Source: Auanema rhodensis (taxonomy: Eukaryota; Animalia; Nematoda). From it: a stretch of DNA of 64,000 bases. Below, in pieces: positions 13,001-28,800 of the stretch (the first letter of the stretch is position 1; each line of letters begins with the position of its first letter). The notes under the pieces were generated by a model. The model saw only the letters and a program-made list of their open reading frames with translations. It did no database searches and was not told where the DNA came from. The position numbers were made by a program, and so were the translations under genes. Location of the stretch: positions 21,452,001 through 21,516,000 of the forward strand of contig OZ059898.1 in assembly GCA_964057225.1 (NCBI GenBank), written 5' to 3'.

Positions 13001-16000
13001 TACCATGAACCAATATCAATAAAAATTTGTTTTTAGACTAATATGGACATGGGGAATCTAATTTTGAAAACCGCATCTCTTTATCTTTCACGTGAAGCGA
13101 GTTACATACCAAGTGCACATCACGTGTACATTTAATTAGCATAAATTAAAGTTCACGTAAATTTCAAAGTCATGGTTACCATGAACCAATATCAATAAAA
13201 ATTTGTTTTTAGACTAATATGAACATGGGGAATCTAATTTTGAAAACCGCATCTCTTTATCTTTCACGTGAAGCGAGTTACATACCAAGTGCACATCACG
13301 TGTACATTTAATTAGCATAAATTAAAGTTCACGTAAATTTCAAAGTCATGGTTACCATGAACCAATATCAATAAAAATTTGTTTTTAGACTAATATGGAC
13401 ATGGGGAATCTAATTTTGAAAACCGCATCTCTTTATCTTCCACGTGAAGCGAGTTACATACCAAGTGCACATCACGTGTACATTTAATTAGCATAAATTA
13501 AAGTTCACGTAAATTTCAAAGTCATGGTTACCATGAACCAATATCAATAAAAATTTGTATTTGGACTAATATGGACATGGGGAATCTAATTTTGAAAACC
13601 GCATCTCTTTATCTTTCACGTGAAGCGAGTTACATACCAAGTGCACATCACGTGTACATTTAATTAGCATAAATTAAAGTTCACGTAAATTTCAAAGTCA
13701 TGGTTACCATGCACCAATATCAATAAAAATTTGTTTTTAGACTAATATGGACATGGGGAATCTAATTTTGAAAACCGCATCTCTTTATCTTTCACGTGAA
13801 GCGAGTTACATACCAAGTGCACATCACGTGTACATTTAATTAGCATAAATTAAAGTTCACGTAAATTTCAAAGTCATATTTACCATTCACCAATATCAAT
13901 AAAAATTTGTATTTAGACTAATATGGACATGGGGAATCTAATTTTGAAAACCGTATCTCTTTATCTTTCACGTGAAGCGAGTTACATACCAAGTGCACAT
14001 CACGTGTACATTTAATTAGCATAAATTAAAGTTCACGTAAATTTCAAAGTCATGGTTACCATGAACCAATATCAATAAAAATTTGTTTTTAGACTAATAT
14101 GGACATGGGAAATCTAATTTTGAAAACCGCTTCTCTTTATCGTTCACGTTAAGCGAGTTACATACCAAGTGCACATCACGTGTACATTTAATTAGCATAA
14201 ATTAAAGTTCACGTAAATTTCAAAGTCATGGTTACCATGCACCAATATCAATAAAAATTTGTTTTTAGACTAATATGGACATGGGGAATCTAATTTTGAA
14301 AACCGCATCTCTTTATCTTTCACGTGAAGCGAGTTACATACCGAGTGCACATCACGTGTACATTTAATTAGCATAAATTAAAGTTCACGTAAATTTCAAA
14401 GTCATGGTTACCATGAACCAATATCAATAAAAATTTGTTTTTAGACTAATATGGACATGGGGAATCTAATTTTGAAAACCGCATCTCTTTATCTTTCACG
14501 TGAAGCGAGTTACATACCAAGTGCACATCACGTGTACATTTAATTAGCATAAATTAAAGTTCACGTAAATTTCAAAGTCATGGTTACCATGCACCAATAT
14601 CAATAAAAATTTGTTTTTAGACTAATATGGACATGGGGAATCTAATTTTGAAAACCGCATCTCTTTATCTTTCACGTGAAGCGAGTTACATACCAAGTGC
14701 ACATCACGTGTACATTTAATTAGCATAAATTAAAGTTCACGTAAATTTCAAAGTCATATTTACCATGCACCAATATCAATAAAAATTTGTTTTTAGACTG
14801 ATATGGACATGGGGAATCTAATTTTGAAAACCGCATCTCTTTATCTTTCACGTGAAGCGAGTTACATACCAAGTGCACATCACGTGTACATTTAATTAGC
14901 ATAAATTAAAGTTCACGTAAATTTCAAAGTCATGGTTACCATGAACCAATATCAATGAAAATTTGTTTTTAGACTAATATGGACATGGGGAATCTAATTT
15001 TGAAAACCGCATCTCTTTATCTTTCACCTGAAGCGAGTTACATACCAAGTGCACATCACGTGTACATTTAATTAGCATAAATTAAAGTTCACGTAAATTT
15101 CAAAGTCATGGTTACCATGCACCAATATCAATAAAAATTTGTTTTTAGACTAATATGGACATGGGGAATCTAATTTTGAAAGCCGCATTTCTTTATCTTT
15201 CACGTGAAGCGAGTTACATACCAAGTGCACATCACGTGTACATTTAATTAGCATAAATTAAAGTTCACGTAAATTTCAAAGTCATGGTTACCATGAACCA
15301 ATATCAATAAAAATTTGTTTTTAGACTAATATGGACATGGGGAATCTAATTTTGAAAACCGCATCTCTTTATCTTTCACGTGAAGCGAGTTACATACCAA
15401 GCGCACATCACGTGTACATTTAATTAGCATAAATTAAAGTTCACGTAAATTTCAAAGTCATGGTTACCATGCACCAATATCAATAAAAATTTGTTTTTAG
15501 ACTAATATGGACATGGGGAATCTAATTTTGAAAACCGCATCTCTTTATCTTTCACGTGAAGCGAGTTACATACCGAGTGCACATCACGTGTACATTTAAT
15601 TAGCATAAATTAAAGTTCACGTAAATTTCAAAGTCATGGTTACCATGAACCAATATCAATAAAAATTTGTTTTTAGACTAATATGGACATGGGGAATCTA
15701 ATTTTGAAAACCGCATCTCTTTATCTTTCACGTGAAGCGAGTTACATACCAAGTGCACATCACGTGTACATTTAATTAGCATAAATTAAAGTTCACGTAA
15801 ATTTCAAAGTCATGGTTACCATAAACCAATATCAATAAAAATTTGTTTTTAGACTAATATGGACATGTGGAATCTAATTTTGAAAACCGCATCTCTTTAT
15901 CGTTCACGTGAAGCGAGTTACATACCAAGTGCACATCACGTGTACATTTAATTAGCATAAATTAAAGTTCACGTAAATTTCAAAGTCATGGTTACCATAA

Positions 16001-17500
16001 ACCAATATCAATAAAAATTTGTTTTTAGACTAATATGGACATGAGGAATCTAATTTTGAAAACCGCATCTCTTTATCTTTCACGTGAAGCGAGTTACATA
16101 CCAAGTGCACATCACGTGTACATTTAATTAGCATAAATTAAAGTTCACGTAAATTTCAAAGTCATGGTTACCATGAACCAATATCAATAAAAATTTGTTT
16201 TTAGACTAATATGGACATGGGGAATCTAATTTTGAAAACCGCATCTCTTTATCTTTCACGTGAAGCGAGTTACATACCAAGTGCACATCACGTGTACATT
16301 TAATTAGCATAAATTAAAGTTCACGTAAATTTCAAAGTCATGGTGACCATGAACCAATATCAATAAAAATTTGTTTTTAGACTAATATGGACATGGGGAA
16401 TCTAATTTTGAAAACCGCATCTCTTTATCTTTCACGTGAAGCGAGTTACATACCAAGTGCACATCACGTGTACATTTAATTAGCATAAATTAAAGTTCAC
16501 GTAAATTTCAAAGTCATGGTTACCATGAACCAATATCAATAAAAATTCGTATTTAGACTAATATGGACATGGGGAATCTAATTTTAAAAACCGCATCTCT
16601 TTATCTTTCACGTGAAGCGAGTTACATACCAAGTGCACATCACGTGTACATTTAATTAGCATAAATTAAAGTTCACGTAAATTTCAAAGTCATGGTTACC
16701 ATGAACCAATATCAATAAAAATTCGTATTTAGACTAATATGGACATGGGGAATCTAATTTTAAAAACCGCATCTCTTTATCTTTCACGTGAAGCGAGTTA
16801 CATACCAAGTGCACATCACGTGTACATTTAATTAGCATAAATTAAAGTTCACGTAAATTTCAAAGTCATGGTTACCATGAACCAATATCAATAAAAATTT
16901 GTTTTTAGACTAATATGGACATGGGAAATCTAATTTTGAAAACCGCTTCTCTTTATCGTTCACGTTAAGCGAGTTACATACCAAGTGCACATCACGTGTA
17001 CATTTAATTAGCATAAATTAAAGTTCACGTAAATTTCAAAGTCATGGTTACCATGCACCAATATCAATAAAAATTTGTTTTTAGACTAATATGGACATGG
17101 GGAATCTAATTTTGAAAACCGCATCTCTTTATCTTTCACGTGAAGCGAGTTACATACCGAGTGCACATCACGTGTACATTTAATTAGCATAAATTAAAGT
17201 TCACGTAAATTTCAAAGTCATGGTTACCATGAACCAATATCAATAAAAATTTGTTTTTAGACTAATATGGACATGGGGAATCTAATTTTGAAAACCGCAT
17301 CTCTTTATCTTTCACGTGAAGCGAGTTACATACCAAGTGCACATCACGTGTACATTTAATTAGCATAAATTAAAGTTCACGTAAATTTCAAAGTCATGGT
17401 TACCATGAACCAATATCAATAAAAATTTGTTTTTAGACTAATATGAACATGGGGAATCTAATTTTGAAAACCGCATCTCTTTATCTTTCACGTGAAGCGA
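10100..17500. repeat. Large block duplication with a 24-26-monomer period; boundaries approximate
   Basis: The ACTGAT variant at 10224/14800 and CCGAG at 10997/15573 are offset by 4576 (26x176). ATTCGTA at 12321/16545 and GCTT at 12721/16945 are offset by 4224 (24x176), after an extra 2-monomer duplication in the first copy. Confidence 0.88.
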
Positions 17501-20500
17501 GTTACATACCAAGTGCACATCACGTGTACATTTAATTAGCATAAATTAAAGTTCACGTAAATTTCAAAGTCATGGTTACCATGAACCAATATCAATAAAA
17601 ATTTGTTTTTAGACTAATATGGACATGAGGAATCTAATTTTGAAAACCGCATCTCTTTATCTTTCACGTGAAGCGAGTTACATACCAAGTGCACATCACG
17701 TGTACATTTAATTAGCATAAATTAAAGTTCACGTAAATTTCAAAGTCATGGTTACCATGAACCAATATCAATAAAAATTTGTTTTTAGACTAATATGGAC
17801 ATGGGGAATCTAATTTTGAAAACCGCATCTCTTTATCTTTCACGTGAAGCGAGTTACATACCAAGTGCACATCACGTGTACATTTAATTAGCATAAATTA
17901 AAGTTCACGTAAATTTCAAAGTCATGGTGACCATGAACCAATATCAATAAAAATTTGTTTTTAGACTAATATGGACATGGGGAATCTAATTTTGAAAACC
18001 GCATCTCTTTATCTTTCACGTGAAGCGAGTTACATACCAAGTGCACATCACGTGTACATTTAATTAGCATAAATTAAAGTTCACGTAAATTTCAAAGTCA
18101 TGGTTACCATGAACCAATATCAATAAAAATTCGTATTTAGACTAATATGGACATGGGGAATCTAATTTTAAAAACCGCATCTCTTTATCTTTCACGTGAA
18201 GCGAGTTACATACCAAGTGCACATCACGTGTACATTTAATTAGCATAAATTAAAGTTCACGTAAATTTCAAAGTCATGGTTACCATGAACCAATATCAAT
18301 AAAAATTCGTATTTAGACTAATATGGACATGGGGAATCTAATTTTAAAAACCGCATCTCTTTATCTTTCACGTGAAGCGAGTTACATACCAAGTGCACAT
18401 CACGTGTACATTTAATTAGCATAAATTAAAGTTCACGTAAATTTCAAAGTCATGGTTACCATGAACCAATATCAATAAAAATTTGTTTTTAGACTAATAT
18501 GGACATGGGAAATCTAATTTTGAAAACCGCTTCTCTTTATCGTTCACGTTAAGCGAGTTACATACCAAGTGCACATCACGTGTACATTTAATTAGCATAA
18601 ATTAAAGTTCACGTAAATTTCAAAGTCATGGTTACCATGCACCAATATCAATAAAAATTTGTTTTTAGACTAATATGGACATGGGGAATCTAATTTTGAA
18701 AACCGCATCTCTTTATCTTTCACGTGAAGCGAGTTACATACCGAGTGCACATCACGTGTACATTTAATTAGCATAAATTAAAGTTCACGTAAATTTCAAA
18801 GTCATGGTTACCATGAACCAATATCAATAAAAATTTGTTTTTAGACTAATATGGACATGGGGAATCTAATTTTGAAAACCGCATCTCTTTATCTTTCACG
18901 TGAAGCGAGTTACATACCAAGTGCACATCACGTGTACATTTAATTAGCATAAATTAAAGTTCACGTAAATTTCAAAGTCATGGTTACCATAAACCAATAT
19001 CAATAAAAATTTGTTTTTAGACTAATATGGACATGTGGAATCTAATTTTGAAAACCGCATCTCTTTATCGTTCACGTGAAGCGAGTTACATACCAAGTGC
19101 ACATCACGTGTACATTTAATTAGCATAAATTAAAGTTCACGTAAATTTCAAAGTCATATTTACCATTCACCAATATCAATAAAAATTTGTATTTAGACTA
19201 ATATGGACATGGGGAATCTAATTTTGAAAACCGTATCTCTTTATCTTTCACGTGAAGCGAGTTACATACCAAGTGCACATCACGTGTACATTTAATTAGC
19301 ATAAATTAAAGTTCACGTAAATTTCAAAGTCATGGTTACCATGAACCAATATCAATAAAAATTTGTTTTTAGACTAATATGGACATGGGAAATCTAATTT
19401 TGAAAACCGCTTCTCTTTATCGTTCACGTTAAGCGAGTTACATACCAAGTGCACATCACGTGTACATTTAATTAGCATAAATTAAAGTTCACGTAAATTT
19501 CAAAGTCATGGTTACCATGCACCAATATCAATAAAAATTTGTTTTTAGACTAATATGGACATGGGGAATCTAATTTTGAAAACCGCATCTCTTTATCTTT
19601 CACGTGAAGCGAGTTACATACCGAGTGCACATCACGTGTACATTTAATTAGCATAAATTAAAGTTCACGTAAATTTCAAAGTCATGGTTACCATGAACCA
19701 ATATCAATAAAAATTTGTTTTTAGACTAATATGGACATGGGGAATCTAATTTTGAAAACCGCATCTCTTTATCTTTCACGTGAAGCGAGTTACATACCAA
19801 GTGCACATCACGTGTACATTTAATTAGCATAAATTAAAGTTCACGTAAATTTCAAAGTCATGGTTACCATGAACCAATATCAATAAAAATTTGTTTTTAG
19901 ACTAATATGAACATGGGGAATCTAATTTTGAAAACCGCATCTCTTTATCTTTCACGTGAAGCGAGTTACATACCAAGTGCACATCACGTGTACATTTAAT
20001 TAGCATAAATTAAAGTTCACGTAAATTTCAAAGTCATGGTTACCATGAACCAATATCAATAAAAATTTGTTTTTAGACTAATATGGACATGGGGAATCTA
20101 ATTTTGAAAACCGCATCTCTTTATCTTCCACGTGAAGCGAGTTACATACCAAGTGTACATCACGTGTACATTTAATTAGCATAAATTAAAGTTCACGTAA
20201 ATTTCAAAGTCATGGTTACCATGAACCAATATCAATAAAAATTTGTATTTGGACTAATATGGACATGGGGAATCTAATTTTGAAAACCGCATCTCTTTAT
20301 CTTTCACGTGAAGCGAGTTACATACCAAGTGCACATCACGTGTACATTTAATTAGCATAAATTAAAGTTCACGTAAATTTCAAAGTCATGGTTACCATGC
20401 ACCAATATCAATAAAAATTTGTTTTTAGACTAATATGGACATGGGGAATCTAATTTTGAAAACCGCATCTCTTTATCTTTCACGTGAAGCGAGTTACATA

Positions 20501-22849
20501 CCAAGTGCACATCACGTGTACATTTAATTAGCATAAATTAAAGTTCACGTAAATTTCAAAGTCATATTTACCATTCACCAATATCAATAAAAATTTGTAT
20601 TTAGACTAATATGGACATGGGGAATCTAATTTTGAAAACCGTATCTCTTTATCTTTCACGTGAAGCGAGTTACATACCAAGTGCACATCACGTGTACATT
20701 TAATTAGCATAAATTAAAGTTCACGTAAATTTCAAAGTCATGGTTACCATGCACCAATATCAATAAAAATTTGTTTTTAGACTAATATGGACATGGGGAA
20801 TCTAATTTTGAAAACCGCATCTCTTTATCTTCCACGTGAAGCGAGTTACATACCAAGTGCACATCACGTGTACATTTAATTAGCATAAATTAAAGTTCAC
20901 GTAAATTTCAAAGTCATGGTGACCATGAACCAATATCAATAAAAATTTGTTTTTAGACTAATATGGACATGGGGAATCTAATTTTGAAAACCGCATCTCT
21001 TTATCTTTCACGTGAAGCGAGTTACATACCAAGTGCACATCACGTGTACATTTAATTAGCATAAATTAAAGTTCACGTAAATTTCAAAGTCATGGTTACC
21101 ATGAACCAATATCAATAAAAATTCGTATTTAGACTAATATGGACATGGGGAATCTAATTTTGAAAACCGCATCTCTTTATCTTTCACGTGAAGCGAGTTA
21201 CATACCAAGTGCACATCACGTGTACATTTAATTAGCATAAATTAAAGTTCACGTAAATTTCAAAGTCATGGTTACCATGAACCAATATCAATAAAAATTT
21301 GTTTTTAGACTAATATGGACATGGGGAATCTAATTCTGAAAACCGCATCTCTTTATCTTTCACGTGAAGCGAGTTACATACCAAGTGCACATCACGTGTA
21401 CATTTAATTAGCATAAATTAAAGTTCACGTAAATTTCAAAGTCATGGTTACCATGAACCAATATCAATAAAAATTTGTTTTTAGACTAATATGGACATGG
21501 GAAATCTAATTTTGAAAACCGCATCTCTTTATCTTTCACGTGAAGCGAGTTACATACCAAGTGCACATCACGTGTACATTCAATTAGCATAAATTAAAGT
21601 TCACGTAAATTTCAAAGTCATAGTTACCATGCACCAATATCAATAAAAATTTGTTTTTAGACTAATATGGACATGGGGAATCTAATTTTGAAAACCGCAT
21701 CTCTTTATCTTTCACGTGAAGCGAGTTACATACCAAGTGCACATCACGTGTACATTTAATTAGCATAAATTAAAGTTCACGTAAATTTCAAAGTCATGGT
21801 TACCATGCACCAATATCAATAAAAATTTGTTTTTAGACTAATATGGACATGATGGATCTAATTTTGAAAACCGCATCTCTTTATCTTCCACGTGAAGCGA
21901 GTTACATACCAAGTGCACATCACGTGTACATTTAATTAGCATAAATTAAAGTTCACGTAAATTTCAAAGTCATGGTTACCATGAACCAATATCAATAAAA
22001 ATTTGTTTTTAGACTAATATGGACATGGGGAATCTAATTTTGAAAACCGCATCTCTTTATCTTTCACGTGAAGCGAGTTACATACCAAGTGCACATCACG
22101 TGTACATTTAATTAGCATAAATTAAAGTTCACGTAAATTTCAAAGTCATGGTTACCATGCACCAATATCAATAAAAATTTGTTTTTAGACTAATATGGAC
22201 ATGGGGAATCTAATTTTGAAAACCGCATCTCTTTATCTTTCACGTGAAGCGAGTTACATACCAAGTGCACATCACGTGTACATTTAATTAGCATAAATTA
22301 AAGTTCACGTAAATTTCAAAGTCATATTTACCATGCACCAATATCAATAAAAATTTGTTTTTAGACTAATATGGACATGGGGAATCTAATTTTAAAAACC
22401 GCTTCTCTTTATCTTTCACGTGAAGCGAGTTACATACCAAGTGCACATCACGTGTACATTTAATTAGCATAAATTAAAGTTCACGTAAATTTCAAAGTCA
22501 TATTTACCATGCACCAATATCAATAAAAATTTGTTTTTAGACTAATATGGACATGAGGAATCTAATTTTGAAAACCGCATCTCTTTACCTTTCACGTGAA
22601 GCGTGTTACATACCAAGTGCACATCACGTGTACATTTAATTAGCATAAATTAAAGTTCACGTAAATTTCAAAGTCATGGTTACCATGAACCAATATCAAT
22701 AAAAATTTGTTTTTAGACTAATATGAACATGGGGAATCTAATTTTGAAAACCGCATCTCTTTATCTTTCACGTGAAGCGAGTTACATACCAAGTGCACAT
22801 CACGTGTACATTTAATTAGCATAAATTAAAGTTCACGTAAATTTCAAAG

Positions 22850-25800
22850 TCATGGTTACCATGAACCAATATCAATAAAAATTCGTTTTTAGACTAATAT
22901 GGACATGGGGAATCTAATTTTGAAAACCGCATCTCTTTATCTTTCACGTGAAGCGAGTTACATACCAAGTGCACATCACGTGTACATTTAATTAGCATAA
23001 ATTAAAGTTCACGTAAATTTCAAAGTCATGGTTACCATGCACCAATATCAATAAAAATTTGTTTTTAGACTAATATGGACATGGGGGATCTAATTTTGAA
23101 AACCGCATCTCTTTATCTTTCACGTGAAGCGAGTTACATACCAAGTGCACATCACGTGTACATTTAATTAGCATAAATTAAAGTTCACGTAAATTTCAAA
23201 GGCATGGTTACCATGCACCAATATCAATAAAAATTTGTTTTTAGACTAATATGGACATGGGGAATCTAATTTTGAAAACCGCATCTCTTTATCTTCCACG
23301 TGAAGCGAGTTACATACCAAGTGCACATCACGTGTACATTTAATTAGCATAAATTAAAGTTCACGTAAATTTCAAAGTCATGGTTACCATGAACCAATAT
23401 CAATAAAAATTTGTTTTTAGACTAATATGGACATGGGGAATCTAATTTTGAAAACCGCATCTCTTTATCTTTCACGTGAAGCGAGTTACATACCAAGTGC
23501 ACATCACGTGTACATTTAATTAGCATAAATTAAAGTTCACGTAAATTTCAAAGTCATGGTTACCATGCACCAATATCAATAAAAATTTGTTTTTAGACTA
23601 ATATGGACATGGGGAATCTAATTTTGAAAACCGCATCTCTTTATCTTTCACGTGAAGCGAGTTACATACCAAGTGCACATCACGTGTACATTTAATTAGC
23701 ATAAATTAAAGTTCACGTAAATTTCAAAGTCATGGTGACCATGAACCAATATCAATAAAAATTTGTTTTTAGACTAATATGGACATGGGGAATCTTATTT
23801 TGAAAACCGTATCTCTTTATCTTTCACGTGAAGCGAGTTACATACCAAGTGCACATCACGTGTACATTTAATTAGCATAAATTAAAGTTCACGTAAATTT
23901 CAAAGTCATGGTTACCATGAACCAATATCAATAAAAATTTGTATTTAGACTAAAATGGACATGGGGGATCTAATTTTGAAAACCGCATCTCTTTATCTTT
24001 CACGTGAAGCGAGTTACATACCAAGTGCACATCACGTGTACATTTAATTAGCATAAATTAAAGTTCACGTAAATTTCAAAGTCATGGTTACCATGCACCA
24101 ATATCAATAAAAATTTGTTTTTAGACTAATATGGACATGGGGAATCTAATTTTGAAAACCGCATCTCTTTATCTTTCACGTGAAGCGAGTTACATACCAA
24201 GTGCACATCACGTGTACATTTAATTAGCATAAATTAAAGTTCACGTAAATTTCAAAGTCATATTTACCATGCACCAATATCAATAAAAATTTGTTTTTAG
24301 ACTAATATGGACATGGGGAATCTAATTTTAAAAACCGCATCTCTTTATCTTTCACGTGAAGCGAGTTACATACCAAGTGCACATCACGTGTACATTTAAT
24401 TAGCATAAATTAAAGTTCACGTAAATTTCAAAGTCATATTTACCATGCACCAATATCAATAAAAATTTGTTTTTAGACTAATATGGACATGGGGAATCTA
24501 ATTTTGAAAACCGCATCTCTTTATCTTTCACGTGAAGCGTGTTACATACCAAGTGCACATCACGTGTACATTTAATTAGCATAAATTAAAGTTCACGTAA
24601 ATTTCAAAGTCATGGTTACCATGAACCAATATCAATAAAAATTTGTTTTTAGACTAATATGAACATGGGGAATCTAATTTTGAAAACCGCATCTCTTTAT
24701 CTTTCACGTGAAGCGAGTTACATACCAAGTGCACATCACGTGTACATTTAATTAGCATAAATTAAAGTTCACGTAAATTTCAAAGTCATGGTTACCATGA
24801 ACCAATATCAATAAAAATTTGTTTTTAGACTAATATGGACATGGGGAATCTAATTTTGAAAACCGCATCTCTTTATCTTTCACGTGAAGCGAGTTACATA
24901 CCAAGTGCACATCACGTGTACATTTAATTAGCATAAATTAAAGTTCACGTAAATTTCAAAGTCATGGTTACCATGAACCAATATCAATAAAAATTTGTTT
25001 TTAGACTAATATGGACATGGGGAATCTAATTTTGAAAACCGCATCTCTTTATCTTTCACGTGAAGCGAGTTACATACCAAGTGCACATCACGTGTACATT
25101 TAATTAGCATAAATTAAAGTTCACGTAAATTTCAAAGTCATGGTTACCATGAACCAATATCAATAAAAATTTGTTTTTAGACTAATATGGACATGGGGAA
25201 TCTAATTTTGAAAACGGCATCTCTTTATCTTTCACGTGAAGCGAGTTACATACCAAGTGCACATCACGTGTACATTTAATTAGCATAAATTAAAGTTCAC
25301 GTAAATTTCAAAGTCATGGTGACCATGAACCAATATCAATAAAAATTTGTTTTTAGACTAATATGGACATGGGGAATCTTATTTTGAAAACCGTATCTCT
25401 TTATCTTTCACGTGAAGCGAGTTACATACCAAGTGCACATCACGTGTACATTTAATTAGCATAAATTAAAGTTCACGTAAATTTCAAAGTCATGGTTACC
25501 ATGAACCAATATCAATAAAAATTTGTATTTAGACTAATATGGACATGGGGGATCTAATTTTGAAAACCGCATCTCTTTATCTTTCACGTGAAGCGAGTTA
25601 CATACCAAGTGCACATCACGTGTACATTTAATTAGCATAAATTAAAGTTCACGTAAATTTCAAAGTCATGGTTACCATGAACCAATATCAATAAAAATTT
25701 GTTTTTAGACTAATATGGACATGGGGAATCTAATTTTGAAAACCGCATCTCTTTATCATTCACGTGAAGCGAGTTACATACCAAGTGCACATCACGTGTA

Positions 25801-28800
25801 CATTTAATTAGCATAAATTAAAGTTCACGTAAATTTCAAAGTCATGGTTACCATGAACCAATATCAATAAAAATTTGTTTTTAGACTAATATGGACATGG
25901 GGAATCTAATTTTGAAAACGGCATCTCTTTATCTTTCACGTGAAGCGAGTTACATACCAAGTGCACATCACGTGTACATTTAATTAGCATAAATTAAAGT
26001 TCACGTAAATTTCAAAGTCATGGTGACCATGAACCAATATCAATAAAAATTTGTTTTTAGACTAATATGGACATGGGGAATCTAATTTTAAAAACCGCTT
26101 TTCTTTATCTTTCACGTGAAGCGAGTTACATACCAAGTGCACATCACGTGTACATTTAATTAGCATAAATTAAAGTTCACGTAAATTTCAAAGTCATGGT
26201 TACCATGAACCAATATCAATAAAAATTTGTTTTTAGACTAATATGGACATGGGGAATCTAATTTTGAAAACCGCATCTCTTTATCTTTCACGTGAAGCGA
26301 GTTACATACCAAGTGCACATCACGTGTACATTTAATTAGCATAAATTAAAGTTCACGTAAATTTCAAAGTCATATTTACCATGCACCAATATCAATAAAA
26401 ATTTGTTTTTAGACTAATATGGACATGAGGAATCTAATTTTGAAAACCGCATCTCTTTATCTTTCACGTGAAGCGTGTTACATACCAAGTGCACATCACG
26501 TGTACATTTAATTAGCATAAATTAAAGTTCACGTAAATTTCAAAGTCATGGTTACCATGAACCAATATCAATAAAAATTTGTTTTTAGACTAATATGAAC
26601 ATGGGGAATCTAATTTTGAAAACCGCATCTCTTTATCTTTCACGTGAAGCGAGTTACATACCAAGTGCACATCACGTGTACATTTAATTAGCATAAATTA
26701 AAGTTCACGTAAATTTCAAAGTACCATGCACCAATATCAATAAAAATTTGTTTTTAGACTAATATGGACATGGGTAATCTAATTTTGAAAACCGCATCTC
26801 TTTATCTTTCACGTGAAGCGAGTTACATACCAAGTGCACATCACGTGTACATTTAATTAGCATAAATTAAAGTTCACGTAAATTTCAAAGTCATGGTTAC
26901 CATGAACCAATATCAATAAAAATTCGTTTTTAGACTAATATGGACATGGGGAATCTAATTTTGAAAACCGCATCTCTTTATCTTTCACGTGAAGCGAGTT
27001 ACATACCAAGTGCACATCACGTGTACATTTAATTAGCATAAATTAAAGTTCACGTAAATTTCAAAGTCATGGTTACCATGCACCAATATCAATAAAAATT
27101 TGTTTTTAGACTAATATGGACATGGGGGATCTAATTTTGAAAACCGCATCTCTTTATCTTTCACGTGAAGCGAGTTACATACCAAGTGCACATCACGTGT
27201 ACATTTAATTAGCATAAATTAAAGTTCACGTAAATTTCAAAGGCATGGTTACCATGCACCAATATCAATAAAAATTTGTTTTTAGACTAATATGGACATG
27301 GGGAATCTAAATTTGAAAACCGCATCTCTTTATCTTCCACGTGAAGCGAGTTACATACCAAGTGCACATCACGTGTACATTTAATTAGCATAAATTAAAG
27401 TTCACGTAAATTTCAAAGTCATGGTTACCATGAACCAATATCAATAAAAATTTGTTTTTAGACTAATATGGACATGGGGAATCTAATTTTGAAAACCGCA
27501 TCTCTTTATCTTTCACGTGAAGCGAGTTACATACCAAGTGCACATCACGTGTACATTTAATTAGCATAAATTAAAGTTCACGTAAATTTCAAAGTCATGG
27601 TTACCATGCACCAATATCAATAAAAATTTGTTTTTAGACTAATATGGACATGGGGAATCTAATTTTGAAAACCGCATCTCTTTATCTTTCACGTGAAGCG
27701 AGTTACATACCAAGTGCACATCACGTGTACATTTAATTAGCATAAATTAAAGTTCACGTAAATTTCAAAGTCATGGTGACCATGAACCAATATCAATAAA
27801 AATTTGTTTTTAGACTAATATGGACATGGGGAATCTTATTTTGAAAACCGTATCTCTTTATCTTTCACGTGAAGCGAGTTACATACCAAGTGCACATCAC
27901 GTGTACATTTAATTAGCATAAATTAAAGTTCACGTAAATTTCAAAGTCATGGTTACCATGAACCAATATCAATAAAAATTTGTATTTAGACTAATATGGA
28001 CATGGGGGATCTAATTTTGAAAACCGCATCTCTTTATCTTTCACGTGAAGCGAGTTACATACCAAGTGCACATCACGTGTACATTTAATTAGCATAAATT
28101 AAAGTTCACGTAAATTTCAAAGTCATGGTTACCATGCACCAATATCAATAAAAATTTGTTTTTAGACTAATATGGACATGGGGAATCTAATTTTGAAAAC
28201 CGCATCTCTTTATCTTTCACGTGAAGCGAGTTACATACCAAGTGCACATCACGTGTACATTTAATTAGCATAAATTAAAGTTCACGTAAATTTCAAAGTC
28301 ATATTTACCATGCACCAATATCAATAAAAATTTGTTTTTAGACTAATATGGACATGGGGAATCTAATTTTGAAAACCGCATCTCTTTATCTTTCACGTGA
28401 AGCGAGTTACATACCAAGTGCACATCACGTGTACATTTAATTAGCATAAATTAAAGTTCACGTATATTTCAAAGTCATATTTACCATGCACCAATATCAA
28501 TAAAAATTTGTTTTTAGACTAATATGGACATGGGGAATCTAATTTTGAAAACCGCATCTCTTTATCTTTCACGTGAAGCGTGTTACATACCAAGTGCACA
28601 TCACGTGTACATTTAATTAGCATAAATTAAAGTTCACGTAAATTTCAAAGTCATGGTTACCATGAACCAATATCAATAAAAATTTGTTTTTAGACTAATA
28701 TGAACATGGGGAATCTAATTTTGAAAACCGCATCTCTTTATCTTTCACGTGAAGCGAGTTACATACCAAGTGCACATCACGTGTACATTTAATTAGCATA

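Noticed and set aside
14720-14902. Identical second 60-aa ORF
   Set aside because: It is a copy of the same variant monomer 26x176 bp downstream, so it marks a block duplication rather than a gene.
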